Assembly (NCBI GenBank): GCA_031372065.1
Contig: JANMKN010000120.1
Location: 1-22,062 of the forward strand
Length of the DNA: 22,062 nt
Direction of reading: 5' to 3'
Origin: Abditibacteriaceae bacterium
Lineage (GTDB): Bacteria; Armatimonadota; Abditibacteriia; Abditibacteriales; Abditibacteriaceae
In this document: one piece after another, positions 1 through 8,852 of the stretch
How positions within the stretch are numbered: the stretch's first letter is position 1
How the letters are laid out: the number at the start of each line of letters is the position of its first letter
Notes under the pieces: generated by a model
What the model saw: the letters and a program-made list of their open reading frames with translations, nothing else
What the model was told of the DNA's origin: nothing
Database searches by the model: none
Program-made: the position numbers and the translations under genes

Positions 1-135
1 AAATAGCAGAAAAATAGAAAGAAAAGTGGATGCAAGCAGCGAAATCGTTGAGAGAAGAACCGTCCTTCTCCCTCTGCATCCTCCACATTTTTCCTAACGA
101 ACACAACGAATTTCTCGCTGCGTGAAGACAGACTC

Positions 136-861
136 TTACACTCGTCCTGCAATAACATCGAGCAGCAATTGCGGATTGTTGCTGCCGATGCCATCTACGC
201 CCAAATCAATGGCCCATTTCATGCGTTCGATTTCGTCAATGTTCCACACGCGCGCATATAAACCGGCGGCGTGAACGCGGTCAACCCATTCGCGCGTGGC
301 TAATTTGTGATTCAAATGCACGCCGCCCGCGCCGATGCGCAGGGCGATTTCTAACGGGTCGGGTTCCAATTTCGCCGTTAAAAAAGCCGAGGTCACTTGC
401 GGTAGTAATTGAATCGCTTCGGCCAATTGCGCTTCGTCGAAACTGCTCAAAACCACTTTGCCGGTGATATTATTTTGCAAAATCATTTCGACTGTCGGTG
501 CGGCTGTTTGGAGGCCTTTGAGTTCAATTTGCAGCATGGTTTTGCCACTGCTTTGCCAGTGTTCTTGAAATAAATCAATCACTTCTTGTAAAAGCGGCAC
601 GCGTTCGCCTTGTCCAGCATCGAGTTGCTGAATTTGCGCCGCGTCCATTTCGGCAATGGCGCCTCTGCCATTAGTGGTGCGGTCAACAAGGGCATCGTGC
701 ATGACGATGAGTTTTTGATCGCGCGATAAATGAACATCCAATTCAATGCGCGCCGCGCCCAAAGTTAGCGCATAACGAAAACCGCGCAAAGTATTTTCCG
801 GTTCAATGGCCGCCGCGCCGCGATGGGCTGTTACTTCGACGGTTTCAACAAGTCGTGGCAT
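136..861 (-). CDS. Glycerophosphodiester phosphodiesterase (GDPD family)
   Basis: Motifs AHRG, PENTL, ELDVH, HD-x-x-VDRTT, IELK, SSF, GVDGI. Start moved from 972 to the ATG at 861 (MPRLVE...), which overlaps the upstream TGA stop (TGATG coupling). Confidence 0.92.
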   Translation of the reverse strand: MPRLVETVEVTAHRGAAAIEPENTLRGFRYALTLGAARIELDVHLSRDQKLIVMHDALVDRTTNGRGAIAEMDAAQIQQLDAGQGERVPLLQEVIDLFQEHWQSSGKTMLQIELKGLQTAAPTVEMILQNNITGKVVLSSFDEAQLAEAIQLLPQVTSAFLTAKLEPDPLEIALRIGAGGVHLNHKLATREWVDRVHAAGLYARVWNIDEIERMKWAIDLGVDGIGSNNPQLLLDVIAGRV

Positions 862-3560
862 CAATCGTCGTCCTCTTTGTCTTTCACCAAGGAAACATAA
901 CGCGCCGGATAAGGCGCTTTGGAGCCTTTGCGATTTGTCCACAAAATGCGATTCAATAAATCGTCCGGGCAAGCATCAATTTTGTCCAAAGGCAACTTCG
1001 CCGAGATTTCGGCATAGCGTTTTTGCACCGGGTCGGCTAATGCGCGCGGCGCGGGATTTAATTGGTCAAGTGGAACGTTATTCGGCACGGCATCGAAAGG
1101 CGTGAAATCGGGCGCGTCGGAAAAGCAATCATAGAGCGGCGTGGCGATGGCGTCCATCATGTTCATCGGCGGCAAGCCGAGAATCAGTTCCATCGTATGC
1201 AACAGCGCCGGTTGATTATATTGTGTGCTGACAACAGCTTTGCGCTTGGTATAAGGGCTAACGACATAAGCCGTAGTGCGATAGCCGCTGACGTGATCCC
1301 AACCGTTTTGCGGGTCGTCTTCGATGGCGAAAATGCACGTCTCTTTCCAGAATTTACTGTGGCTAACCGCTTCCACGATGCGCCCCATAGCCAAATCGTT
1401 ATCAGCAACGTGCGCGGCGGGTGTTGGCATTCCCGGACTGGTGCCCGATGTGTGATCGTTGGGCAAACAAATGATAGTGAAATTCGGCATTTCGCCGCTT
1501 TTTTCAAAGGCTTTCAATTCTTCGATGAACTTGGCGGCGCGCACCACATCCGGCACGCGCATATTCCAGCCGACGGTATCGGTTTTGATGTGCGCTCGCA
1601 GCGATTCGATGGCCGGACGGCACGAAATTTTGGTTTCTTTGCCGCCTTTTAGGAAATCGTCGTAATATTCTTTAAAAGTCGGCTTGCCTTTGCGATTGCC
1701 GTCCATCCAACCGGCTTCTTCGATGGTAAATTCGCCGTAATCGCGCACCGTTTTGCCGTGTTTAAGAACGTTATCCCAAATAAAACCTGTCGGCGAATAC
1801 GCCATTGCATCCACATCGCTGTCGCTCATGCCATCAGGATAAGAGCGCGGAAAACCCGCGAACGAACGCTCCATATAATCGGTGGCAAAACCTGTATCAG
1901 CCCATTGATGTCCATCGGCGCTGAGAATGCCGGAGCAATATGTATTGTCCAACAAGGTAAATTCGCGCGCTATTTTATGCTGATTGGGCGTGATGTTTTC
2001 GCCGAAAATGCACAGCGACGCATCGCCGTTGCCTTCTTTGATGTCGCCCAAAACCTGATCGTAAGTGCGGTTTTCCTTGATGATGTAAACGACGTGTTTG
2101 AAAACCGAAGGCTCGCCAACACGCTGCGGAATGGGGCGAGGCGGCTGATTGGGGCGCGCCTCCAACTTCGCCACATTGGTCATGGCGCGACGTGTGTTCC
2201 AATCTACCACGCCGCTATAATGCGCCAGTTGCTCGGCATTAGGCAAAGGAATCAGCGACAGTGTGCCGAAATACTGATGCGTGTTATATTTAATCGGCGC
2301 GCCAGAGGCCACCGGATGTCCCGAACCAACGCCTTTGATGTTGGCGACGTGCAGCATTTTTCGATTTTCATCGTAAGCTAACGCGCCGGGAAACCAACCT
2401 GTCGGAATCTTACCCATAACGCGGCAGCGTCCGGCGCGAAAGGCAATTTGTGTCACGCAGTTGCGCGTGCCGAGCGCCACAAAAAGTCGTTGTCCATCGG
2501 TCGAGAAAGCTAAAGCATTCGGGCTGGAGCCGAATAAATCATCTTCGCGCAGCGAAACCGTTTCGACAATTTTATCAGTTCGTGTATCAAGAACACTAAG
2601 CGTATCTTCGCCCGCGTTGGCGACTACTAAATGTTTTTTGTCGGGCGAAAGCGCAAGGGCGCTGGCGTGCTTGCCGGTGAGAATTTCCTGTGCTGTGCCA
2701 CTTTTTAAATCAATAATTGAAAGCGAACCTTCCGAAGCGATATGGCGAATCGGATCAACGCGCACAACGGTGCCGCGCCCCGCCGGGCCGGTTGTGCTTT
2801 TGTCGTCCGCAACGCGTCCGCCCCAGTTGGAAACGTAGGCTTTGCCATTGAGCAAAAGCACATCGTAAGGCAACGCGCCGGTTTCCATGCGCCGCAAAAC
2901 TTTGCCGCTTTGCGCGTCCATTTCCAGTAAGCCATTCGATAAATTGGCGCAAACGTAAAGCGTTTTTCCGTCGCCCGAAAGCGCCAAACCAGCGGGAATC
3001 TCGGCTTTGCGCTGCGCCAGTTTGGTTTCGGGCAGCGCCAGCGAAAGTTGCGGTGTAATTTTGCCGTTTTCGACGCCGAAAATTTTGATGCTGCCGTTTA
3101 CATTGGATAGATAAATTTTCGTCCCATCGGGCGAAAATAGAAGGCCGGTAAAGGAAAGCTGGCCGTTTTTATCGGGTTCGAGAATGTGATCGGAAACCGG
3201 CACGTCCGGCTTGTTTTTCTCGGATGGCAGCGTCACGCGCTGCAAAATCGCGCCGTTTTGCGGGTCAATCGCTAAAAGTTCATTGGTTTTGCCCGAAGTG
3301 ATCAGCATTTTGCCGTCGGGACTGAGCGCCAAAGCTTGCGGGCGCATATTTCGCAATTCGACTTGCTTTCCCGCTGGCGAAATCGTTTGATTGACCGGCA
3401 AAACCGTGCGCCCGTTGCCTTGCGGCCCCACAGTTTCGCGGCTGCCCATCCACAAATTATCGCCTGCTTCACCCTTGTGCGGCTGCATCAAAACTGCGCC
3501 GCCAACTGCCAGCAATAAAAGTCCGCCTGCGATGGCAATTCCGACTTTGGAAGTTTGCAT
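861..3560 (-). CDS. Secreted YVTN/YncE beta-propeller plus phosphoesterase (alkaline phosphatase superfamily, phospholipase C-like) protein
   Basis: Hydrophobic N-terminal signal; repeated P-x-ALALSPDG(K) propeller blades; C-terminal HVVYIIKENRTYDQVLGD, SADGHQW, LPNDHT, ADNDLA and EDDPQNGWDHV motifs. Confidence 0.85.
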   Translation of the reverse strand: MQTSKVGIAIAGGLLLLAVGGAVLMQPHKGEAGDNLWMGSRETVGPQGNGRTVLPVNQTISPAGKQVELRNMRPQALALSPDGKMLITSGKTNELLAIDPQNGAILQRVTLPSEKNKPDVPVSDHILEPDKNGQLSFTGLLFSPDGTKIYLSNVNGSIKIFGVENGKITPQLSLALPETKLAQRKAEIPAGLALSGDGKTLYVCANLSNGLLEMDAQSGKVLRRMETGALPYDVLLLNGKAYVSNWGGRVADDKSTTGPAGRGTVVRVDPIRHIASEGSLSIIDLKSGTAQEILTGKHASALALSPDKKHLVVANAGEDTLSVLDTRTDKIVETVSLREDDLFGSSPNALAFSTDGQRLFVALGTRNCVTQIAFRAGRCRVMGKIPTGWFPGALAYDENRKMLHVANIKGVGSGHPVASGAPIKYNTHQYFGTLSLIPLPNAEQLAHYSGVVDWNTRRAMTNVAKLEARPNQPPRPIPQRVGEPSVFKHVVYIIKENRTYDQVLGDIKEGNGDASLCIFGENITPNQHKIAREFTLLDNTYCSGILSADGHQWADTGFATDYMERSFAGFPRSYPDGMSDSDVDAMAYSPTGFIWDNVLKHGKTVRDYGEFTIEEAGWMDGNRKGKPTFKEYYDDFLKGGKETKISCRPAIESLRAHIKTDTVGWNMRVPDVVRAAKFIEELKAFEKSGEMPNFTIICLPNDHTSGTSPGMPTPAAHVADNDLAMGRIVEAVSHSKFWKETCIFAIEDDPQNGWDHVSGYRTTAYVVSPYTKRKAVVSTQYNQPALLHTMELILGLPPMNMMDAIATPLYDCFSDAPDFTPFDAVPNNVPLDQLNPAPRALADPVQKRYAEISAKLPLDKIDACPDDLLNRILWTNRKGSKAPYPARYVSLVKDKEDDD

Positions 3561-3579
3561 AAGTGTGGTTAGACAGACG

Positions 3580-3600
3580 ATTCACTGCCGAGACGCGGAG
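3580..3600 (+). repeat. Left arm of a 21-bp inverted repeat pair (partner 4359-4379)
   Basis: attcactgccgagacgcggag versus the reverse complement of 4359-4379, attcaccgccgagacgcagag (19/21 identical); continues as cgcacaaag. Confidence 0.8.
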
Positions 3601-3616
3601 CGCACAAAGAAGAAAC

Positions 3617-4336
3617 TTAGAGCGCGCCTGTTATTTCGCTTGTCTCTAAAAACTGTTTCTGACTGGCGGCATCTATCGGTTCATTATTGGCATTTAAGGC
3701 GGTAGAAATCATAGTCGAATTGATGATGCGGTGGACTTGTGAATTTGCAACAATTGTAGCTTGGTGCATCACGCCCAAAAAATTGAGGCTATTTTCTGCA
3801 TAGGGTAGCGAACTATTGTTGAGCAATAGAATATGCGGCTGGGCAGGATTGAATGCAGTTAATTGAGTAATGTAAGGCAACAATCTTTTTTCGTTGTCCG
3901 CGAACATCGGATTAAAATCCGTGAGTAACTTTTGCGGTGTAATATTCCAGTCGTAGGCGGCGCGCGAGTAGTCCGCAATCGAGAGTTCGCTTTTTACTTG
4001 CGATGCTTCGTAACCAAGCATCAAAAATGCTTCGTCTGGCGCGCCATCAAGATGGAATTTCGTTGTCACCTGTGAATCAAAGCGCCCCATAGAAAGGTAG
4101 ACGAGATGCTTTCCGTGCATTTCTTGATGCAATGTGCTGAGACGCATTTTCAAATTGCACATCAACGAACGCAATTCCTTTGATGAAACTTCTTCTCGAA
4201 ACGATAACAACGCTACTCCGGGTGCCTTAAAGTTCGTGCGAAAAACTTGAGCATAGACACGACGCAAAGTCACATCATCCCATGCATAATCGTCTGATCT
4301 ATTTTCTACACAAATATGATATTCCGATTCTTCCAT
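3617..4336 (-). CDS. Hypothetical protein, possible TauD/clavaminate-synthase-like Fe(II)/2-oxoglutarate oxygenase
   Basis: HxD (KFHLDGAP), distal His (GVMHQA) and a later Arg (HRIINST). Lower GC than neighbours. Start set at ATG 4336 (MEESEY) because the longer ORF start reads through the repeat arm and the upstream gene end. The ORF is solid; the function is tentative. Confidence 0.55.
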   Translation of the reverse strand: MEESEYHICVENRSDDYAWDDVTLRRVYAQVFRTNFKAPGVALLSFREEVSSKELRSLMCNLKMRLSTLHQEMHGKHLVYLSMGRFDSQVTTKFHLDGAPDEAFLMLGYEASQVKSELSIADYSRAAYDWNITPQKLLTDFNPMFADNEKRLLPYITQLTAFNPAQPHILLLNNSSLPYAENSLNFLGVMHQATIVANSQVHRIINSTMISTALNANNEPIDAASQKQFLETSEITGAL

Positions 4337-4358
4337 GCCATCGAAGTATATCGGGCTT

Positions 4359-4379
4359 CTCTGCGTCTCGGCGGTGAAT
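4359..4379 (-). repeat. Right arm of the 21-bp inverted repeat pair (partner 3580-3600)
   Basis: ctctgcgtctcggcggtgaat, directly abutting the stop codon of the dehydrogenase gene. Confidence 0.8.
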
Positions 4380-5330
4380 TCAAACCACATTTTGCGGCGT
4401 GCCGTTTAAAAACTGCCCCAAATTTTCGACGGCGATATTGAGCAGGCGCTGACGAGATTCGCGCGCGGACCAACTAAAATGCGGTGTGAGAAGGCAGTTC
4501 GGCGCGTGCAATAACGGATGATTTTCGGGCGGCGGCTCGGCACTTAAAACGTCCGCCGCGTAGCCTGCGATTTTGCCTTCGTGTAAAAAAAACGCTAAGT
4601 CTTCTTCGTTAATCAACAAACCGCGCGCCGTGTTGGTAAGTAGCGCCGATGGCTTGAAAAAGCGCAGCGTTTGCGCGTTGATAATTTCGCGCGTTTGCTC
4701 GGTCAGTGGGCAATGCAGCGAAACGACATCGGCTTGAGAAAGTGCTTGGTTTAAAGGCAATCGCGGAAATTCGTTACCTTCGTTTTCACGCCCCGGCAAT
4801 TGCGCGGCGATAATTTGCATTCCGAACGATTCGGCAATGTGCGCCACGCGTTTGCCGATGGCGCCAAGGCCGATAACCACTAAAGTTTTGCCGCCCAGAT
4901 CAATCAATGGCCCGTTCCAAAACGAAAAGGCGTCTTCCTTTTGCCATTGCCCGCTGCGAATGGCGGCATCGTGCGCGCCGACGCGATGGCAGAGTTCCAA
5001 AAGCAAAGCTATCGTAGTTTGCGCCACGAAATTCGTGCCGTAACCGGGCACATTGCAAACCGTGATGCCGCGCTGCCGCGCCGCTTGCACATCCACATTG
5101 TTATAGCCCGTCGCCAAAACACCGATGAATTTTAAATGCGGCGCGGCATCCATCGCTGCCGCGTTTATCAGCACTTTGTTGCTAAAAACTGCCTGCGCAT
5201 CGCTCATGCGTTCGATTACATTTTGCGGCGAAGAATTGTCGTGCAAAGTCACTGCGCCTAACGAGTGCAATGGCGACCAGTCCATATCGCCGGCATCTAA
5301 AGGGCGCGCATCAAGAACTACAATTTGCAT
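4380..5330 (-). CDS. D-2-hydroxyacid dehydrogenase (glycerate dehydrogenase/hydroxypyruvate reductase-like)
   Basis: ATGYNNVD, NVPGY, Rossmann GLGAIG, LHCPLT, NTARG, DVLSAEP and TPH motifs. Confidence 0.92.
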   Translation of the reverse strand: MQIVVLDARPLDAGDMDWSPLHSLGAVTLHDNSSPQNVIERMSDAQAVFSNKVLINAAAMDAAPHLKFIGVLATGYNNVDVQAARQRGITVCNVPGYGTNFVAQTTIALLLELCHRVGAHDAAIRSGQWQKEDAFSFWNGPLIDLGGKTLVVIGLGAIGKRVAHIAESFGMQIIAAQLPGRENEGNEFPRLPLNQALSQADVVSLHCPLTEQTREIINAQTLRFFKPSALLTNTARGLLINEEDLAFFLHEGKIAGYAADVLSAEPPPENHPLLHAPNCLLTPHFSWSARESRQRLLNIAVENLGQFLNGTPQNVV

Positions 5331-5366
5331 AATTTCTTTTTCAGAGGCCAGCGCCGTCTTTCAAAG

Positions 5367-6605
5367 CTACCACTTCAACTCTTTCAGTCGTCGTGCCGCT
5401 TCGATGGCGTTTTCGCGGGAATTGAAGGCCGAAACGCGGAAGTAGCCTTCGCCTTGATTGCCAAAGCCGCTGCCGGGCGTGATAACGACATTGGCTTCGT
5501 GCAGGAACTTATCGAAGACATCCCAACTGCTCATACCGCCGGGCGCGGCAAGCCAGATATACGGCGCATGAACGCCGCCGTAAACTTCAAAGCCTGCTTC
5601 GGTTGCGGCTTCGCGCAGAATTTTGGCGTTGCCCATGTAATGCTCGATTAAAGCCTTCACTTGCGCTTTGCCTGCGGGCGAATACAAGGCTTCGGCGGCG
5701 CGTTGCACCGGGTAGGAAACGCCATTGAATTTGGTGGTCGAGCGGCGCATCCACAAGGGGTGAATGAGAACTTTTTCGCCGCTTTTGGTGCTGCCTTTCA
5801 AGCCTTGCGGCACGACTGTCAAACCACAACGCACGCCGGTAAAGCCGCCGCTTTTGGAGAACGAGCGAAATTCGATGGCGCAATCGCGCGCGCCTTCGAT
5901 TTCGTATATCGAGCGCGGCAAATCCGGGTCAGAAATGTAATCGGCATAAGCCGCATCGAAGAAAATAATCGCGTCATTTTTGAGCGCGTAATCCACCCAT
6001 TCTTTGAGTTGCGCTTTGGTAGCGACTGTGCCGGTTGGGTTGTTCGGAAAGCACAAATAAACGATGTCCACTTTTTCGTTTGGCGGCGCGGCGATAAAAC
6101 CGTTTTCGCTGGTGCAAGGCAAGTAAACGAGGCCTGCATAGGAGCCATTTTCATTGGCCGGGCCGGTATGACCGGCCATGACGTTGGTGTCTACATAAAC
6201 CGGATACACCGGATCGGTGATCGCGATTTTATTGTCGTCTCCGAAGATGTCGAGAATGTTGGCCGTGTCGCATTTGGAGCCGTCGGAGACGAAAATTTCG
6301 TCGTCGGAAACCTCCACGCCGCGCGCGCGATATTCGTTTTGCGCGATGGCAGTGCGCAAAAAATCGTAGCCTTGTTCGGGGCCATAGCCTCGAAAGGTTT
6401 CGCGCTGACCGAGTTCATCGGTGGCTGCTTTGAGTGCGTCAATGGCGGCTTGCGGCAAAGGTTCGGTCACATCGCCGATGCCACAGCGAATAACACGCGA
6501 GGCTGCGTCGGGATGGGCGGCGCTCCATTCGCGCACGCGCCGCGCAATTTCGGGAAACAAATAACCGGCTTTGAGTTTGAGATAGTTGTCGTTGATGGTT
6601 GCCAT
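5367..6605 (-). CDS. dapL: LL-diaminopimelate aminotransferase
   Basis: N-terminal [58 protein letters not shown], and PLP lysine motif [12 protein letters not shown]. Confidence 0.96.
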   Translation of the reverse strand: MATINDNYLKLKAGYLFPEIARRVREWSAAHPDAASRVIRCGIGDVTEPLPQAAIDALKAATDELGQRETFRGYGPEQGYDFLRTAIAQNEYRARGVEVSDDEIFVSDGSKCDTANILDIFGDDNKIAITDPVYPVYVDTNVMAGHTGPANENGSYAGLVYLPCTSENGFIAAPPNEKVDIVYLCFPNNPTGTVATKAQLKEWVDYALKNDAIIFFDAAYADYISDPDLPRSIYEIEGARDCAIEFRSFSKSGGFTGVRCGLTVVPQGLKGSTKSGEKVLIHPLWMRRSTTKFNGVSYPVQRAAEALYSPAGKAQVKALIEHYMGNAKILREAATEAGFEVYGGVHAPYIWLAAPGGMSSWDVFDKFLHEANVVITPGSGFGNQGEGYFRVSAFNSRENAIEAARRLKELKW

Positions 6606-6625
6606 GAGAAAATTCCTTCTATGGC

Positions 6626-6654
6626 AATGTAGCGCAGCAATCGCGCGAGGTCAA
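6626..6654 (-). promoter_or_regulatory. Putative sigma70 promoter of dapL
   Basis: Minus strand TTGACC-N17-TACATT, followed by an AGAAGGA Shine-Dalgarno before ATG 6605. Confidence 0.55.
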
Positions 6655-6667
6655 CTTACTAAAATCA

Positions 6668-7810
6668 TTATTTGGTGCGTTGTCGCCAAATTTTTTCTTT
6701 ATCATCAACTGAAATAATGAAATCACCTTTAGGCGTAAGATAAAAACGCCGCATCTTAGGAGCGCCCGGTAATTCCCGAACGAGTTTTCCCGTTAGCACA
6801 TCATGCACTTTGAATTTATGTATAGACTCGTTCCAGATATAGATTTCCCTGTCATCAGGGCCGAATGCCACACCGTTTAAAACGTGATCTTCATTGTATT
6901 CATTCGCATACTCGCCAGTGCCATTAGGAATTGTCCAAAGCAATTTAGCATCAGAGCAGCGAGCCATATGAAGTGGCCCTGTATCGCAGTCGTAACAAGG
7001 TGAATCGTAAATCACATATTCGCCGTTATGTGAAATCAGCACGTTGCTGGCGCCGCTTTCATCGCCGCCATCGCCATTGAATCCTTTTAACTTGTTTTTC
7101 GTTTCGCGTAAAAACTTGCCGGTTTTCGCATCCCAAACGCGAATGCCTTCGTAAAGAATTTGCACGAAATTGTCACTTTTCAGCGCATAACTCATGGCTG
7201 TTGGCGGCTCTTCACCGGCTTTTTCCAATTTCCAACGATGCAATAGGCCACCCGTTTTCAAATTCCATTCATAAGCCTCTGTTTTCGTCAGGAAGACAAC
7301 ACCACGTTTAGTTGGTGAGCCTTTTCCTTCACTGATTACACGTTTTATGTGATTGTATTTCAAAATTACACTGTCGAACCGTTCAACAGTTTTTAAAGAC
7401 TCACAATCGAAAATTTGGCCGGTCAATTCGACATCTTCTAATCCAGGAACAAAGCCAGCATTCCACAAAACAATTTGGTTCTCAGAGACAAAGCATGCTT
7501 TAGGCACACCAATTGGCGTGTATATTCTTATCTTTGTATCTTTCTTATTTGTTGCGTTGCTCCCAAATTTTAGAATGCGAAATTGAACGGGTTGGAGGAC
7601 TTTTGCTTGATTGTAGTCATCATACAAGAGAGAAACATAGAAAAAAGCAAAGCGATTAGAAACCGCTACGAGTTGACCGAATACATCTGCGTTGGCCTTC
7701 TCGTCACCGTTTTGGGCTAAAAGGGGCTGTAGTGATGCTTTCTGCCTTAGCACTTGAAATAGTGCAAGAGACAGCAAAATAAGAAAACAAAAGTAAAAAC
7801 GTCTTTTCAT
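6668..7810 (-). CDS. N-terminally anchored or secreted WD40-like beta-propeller protein
   Basis: Hydrophobic N-terminus; blade-like motifs EWNLKTGGLL, RVWDAKTGKFL, VHDVLTGKLV and VAFGPDD; GAGGA RBS just after the endonuclease stop; low GC. Confidence 0.65.
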   Translation of the reverse strand: MKRRFYFCFLILLSLALFQVLRQKASLQPLLAQNGDEKANADVFGQLVAVSNRFAFFYVSLLYDDYNQAKVLQPVQFRILKFGSNATNKKDTKIRIYTPIGVPKACFVSENQIVLWNAGFVPGLEDVELTGQIFDCESLKTVERFDSVILKYNHIKRVISEGKGSPTKRGVVFLTKTEAYEWNLKTGGLLHRWKLEKAGEEPPTAMSYALKSDNFVQILYEGIRVWDAKTGKFLRETKNKLKGFNGDGGDESGASNVLISHNGEYVIYDSPCYDCDTGPLHMARCSDAKLLWTIPNGTGEYANEYNEDHVLNGVAFGPDDREIYIWNESIHKFKVHDVLTGKLVRELPGAPKMRRFYLTPKGDFIISVDDKEKIWRQRTK

Positions 7811-7820
7811 ATATCCTCAG

Positions 7821-8762
7821 TTACAGCGAAACCATCCACCGTGCAATGGCGGCTAATTGGTCGTTGTTGGAAATGTTGGCGGCGTTGGTTAAGGTGCCGT
7901 TTTCGAGTTGATTCCAAATTTCTGTTGCCATGTCCGTCACGATGGCGTAGCCGAGAAAAAACGTGGCGGGCGTTAGGTCTTTGGTTTTAAAGGCGTCGCG
8001 GATGCGCGCCAATGAAGTGCGCGCAGTTTTCCAGTGTTCATCAGCGCCCGCCGGGTCAACGCCGCCTTTGAGTTCGCCGAGCGCGAGATATTTTTCGGGT
8101 GAGCCAATGGCAATGCGAAAATTGGAATATTGCCTTGCATCGGCGGAGATTAGCACTAAATCCACGTTTTTCAAGACAACAGGCACATCGAAATTGAAAA
8201 TTAAACTGCGCGGCGCGCCGTTTTTTGTCCACGTTAATGTGGTGGCTTCTAATTCGGCGTCGGCTAAATGGTCGCCTTGTTGCCACACGTTTTGCTTTTG
8301 CTGCCAGTAATATGGGATTTTTTCGAGCGAAAGCTGTGCAATCAGCGCGCGAATGACGATGCGCTGCGCCAAGATGCCCGTCGCGTTGCGCATGGCGCCG
8401 CCCAAGGCATCGCCGCGCGTCAGCAAAAAACGATGCACCAATTCTTCGCGCCAATCGGCGCCCGCCGGTTCGAGAAAGTTAGTGATAAATTCGCGGATGG
8501 CTAAAGTGCGCCCTTCGCCGCGAAAATAACGCGAGGATTTATCGGAAACGCCCGCCGCCGTTAATAAGGCTTCTTGCAATTCGGCTTTGTTTAATAATTC
8601 GGTGGGGCGATTCAGCGGCGCAACGGCGCTTTTCAGGGCGCGCGCTTCGGCAATCAGCGGCGCGGCTTTGCGATTCTTTTCCAAGGCCAACGCCACAAAT
8701 CCGCCGCGTGTGGCTTCGGTAGTTGTGATTAAATCCGCTGCGCTTTTGAGGTGGTCTTTCAT
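7821..8762 (-). CDS. Type II restriction endonuclease, AvaI/BsoBI family (family recognition site CYCGRG)
   Basis: Signature ALGELKGGVDPAGADEHWKTA, KNVDL, RFLLTRGDALGG and ALEKNR. Start set at ATG 8762 (MKDHLKS, 313 aa); the longer start translates the upstream repeat. Confidence 0.9.
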   Translation of the reverse strand: MKDHLKSAADLITTTEATRGGFVALALEKNRKAAPLIAEARALKSAVAPLNRPTELLNKAELQEALLTAAGVSDKSSRYFRGEGRTLAIREFITNFLEPAGADWREELVHRFLLTRGDALGGAMRNATGILAQRIVIRALIAQLSLEKIPYYWQQKQNVWQQGDHLADAELEATTLTWTKNGAPRSLIFNFDVPVVLKNVDLVLISADARQYSNFRIAIGSPEKYLALGELKGGVDPAGADEHWKTARTSLARIRDAFKTKDLTPATFFLGYAIVTDMATEIWNQLENGTLTNAANISNNDQLAAIARWMVSL

Positions 8763-8764
8763 AA

Positions 8765-8847
8765 AAACACAAAGTCCACAAAGGCTTCGCAAAGAAACAC
8801 AGAGGTAAATTTGTGGACTTTGTGTGATCTTTGTGGACTTTGTGTTT
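8765..8847. repeat. REP-like palindromic element (CACAAAG-type)
   Basis: Perfect 19-bp inverted repeat aaacacaaagtccacaaag (8765-8783) / ctttgtggactttgtgttt (8829-8847), plus a 16-bp direct copy tttgtggactttgtgt at 8810-8825. Confidence 0.85.
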
Positions 8848-8852
8848 AATGC

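Noticed and set aside
1062..2381. Plus-strand ORFs of 196 and 207 aa
   Set aside because: Antisense shadows of the phosphoesterase gene with no recognisable motifs.
5661..6632. 323-aa plus-strand ORF
   Set aside because: Antisense shadow of dapL.
8763..8792. N-terminal extension MRSLCGLCVF of the endonuclease
   Set aside because: It is the translation of the repeat arm; ATG 8762 gives a family-typical length.
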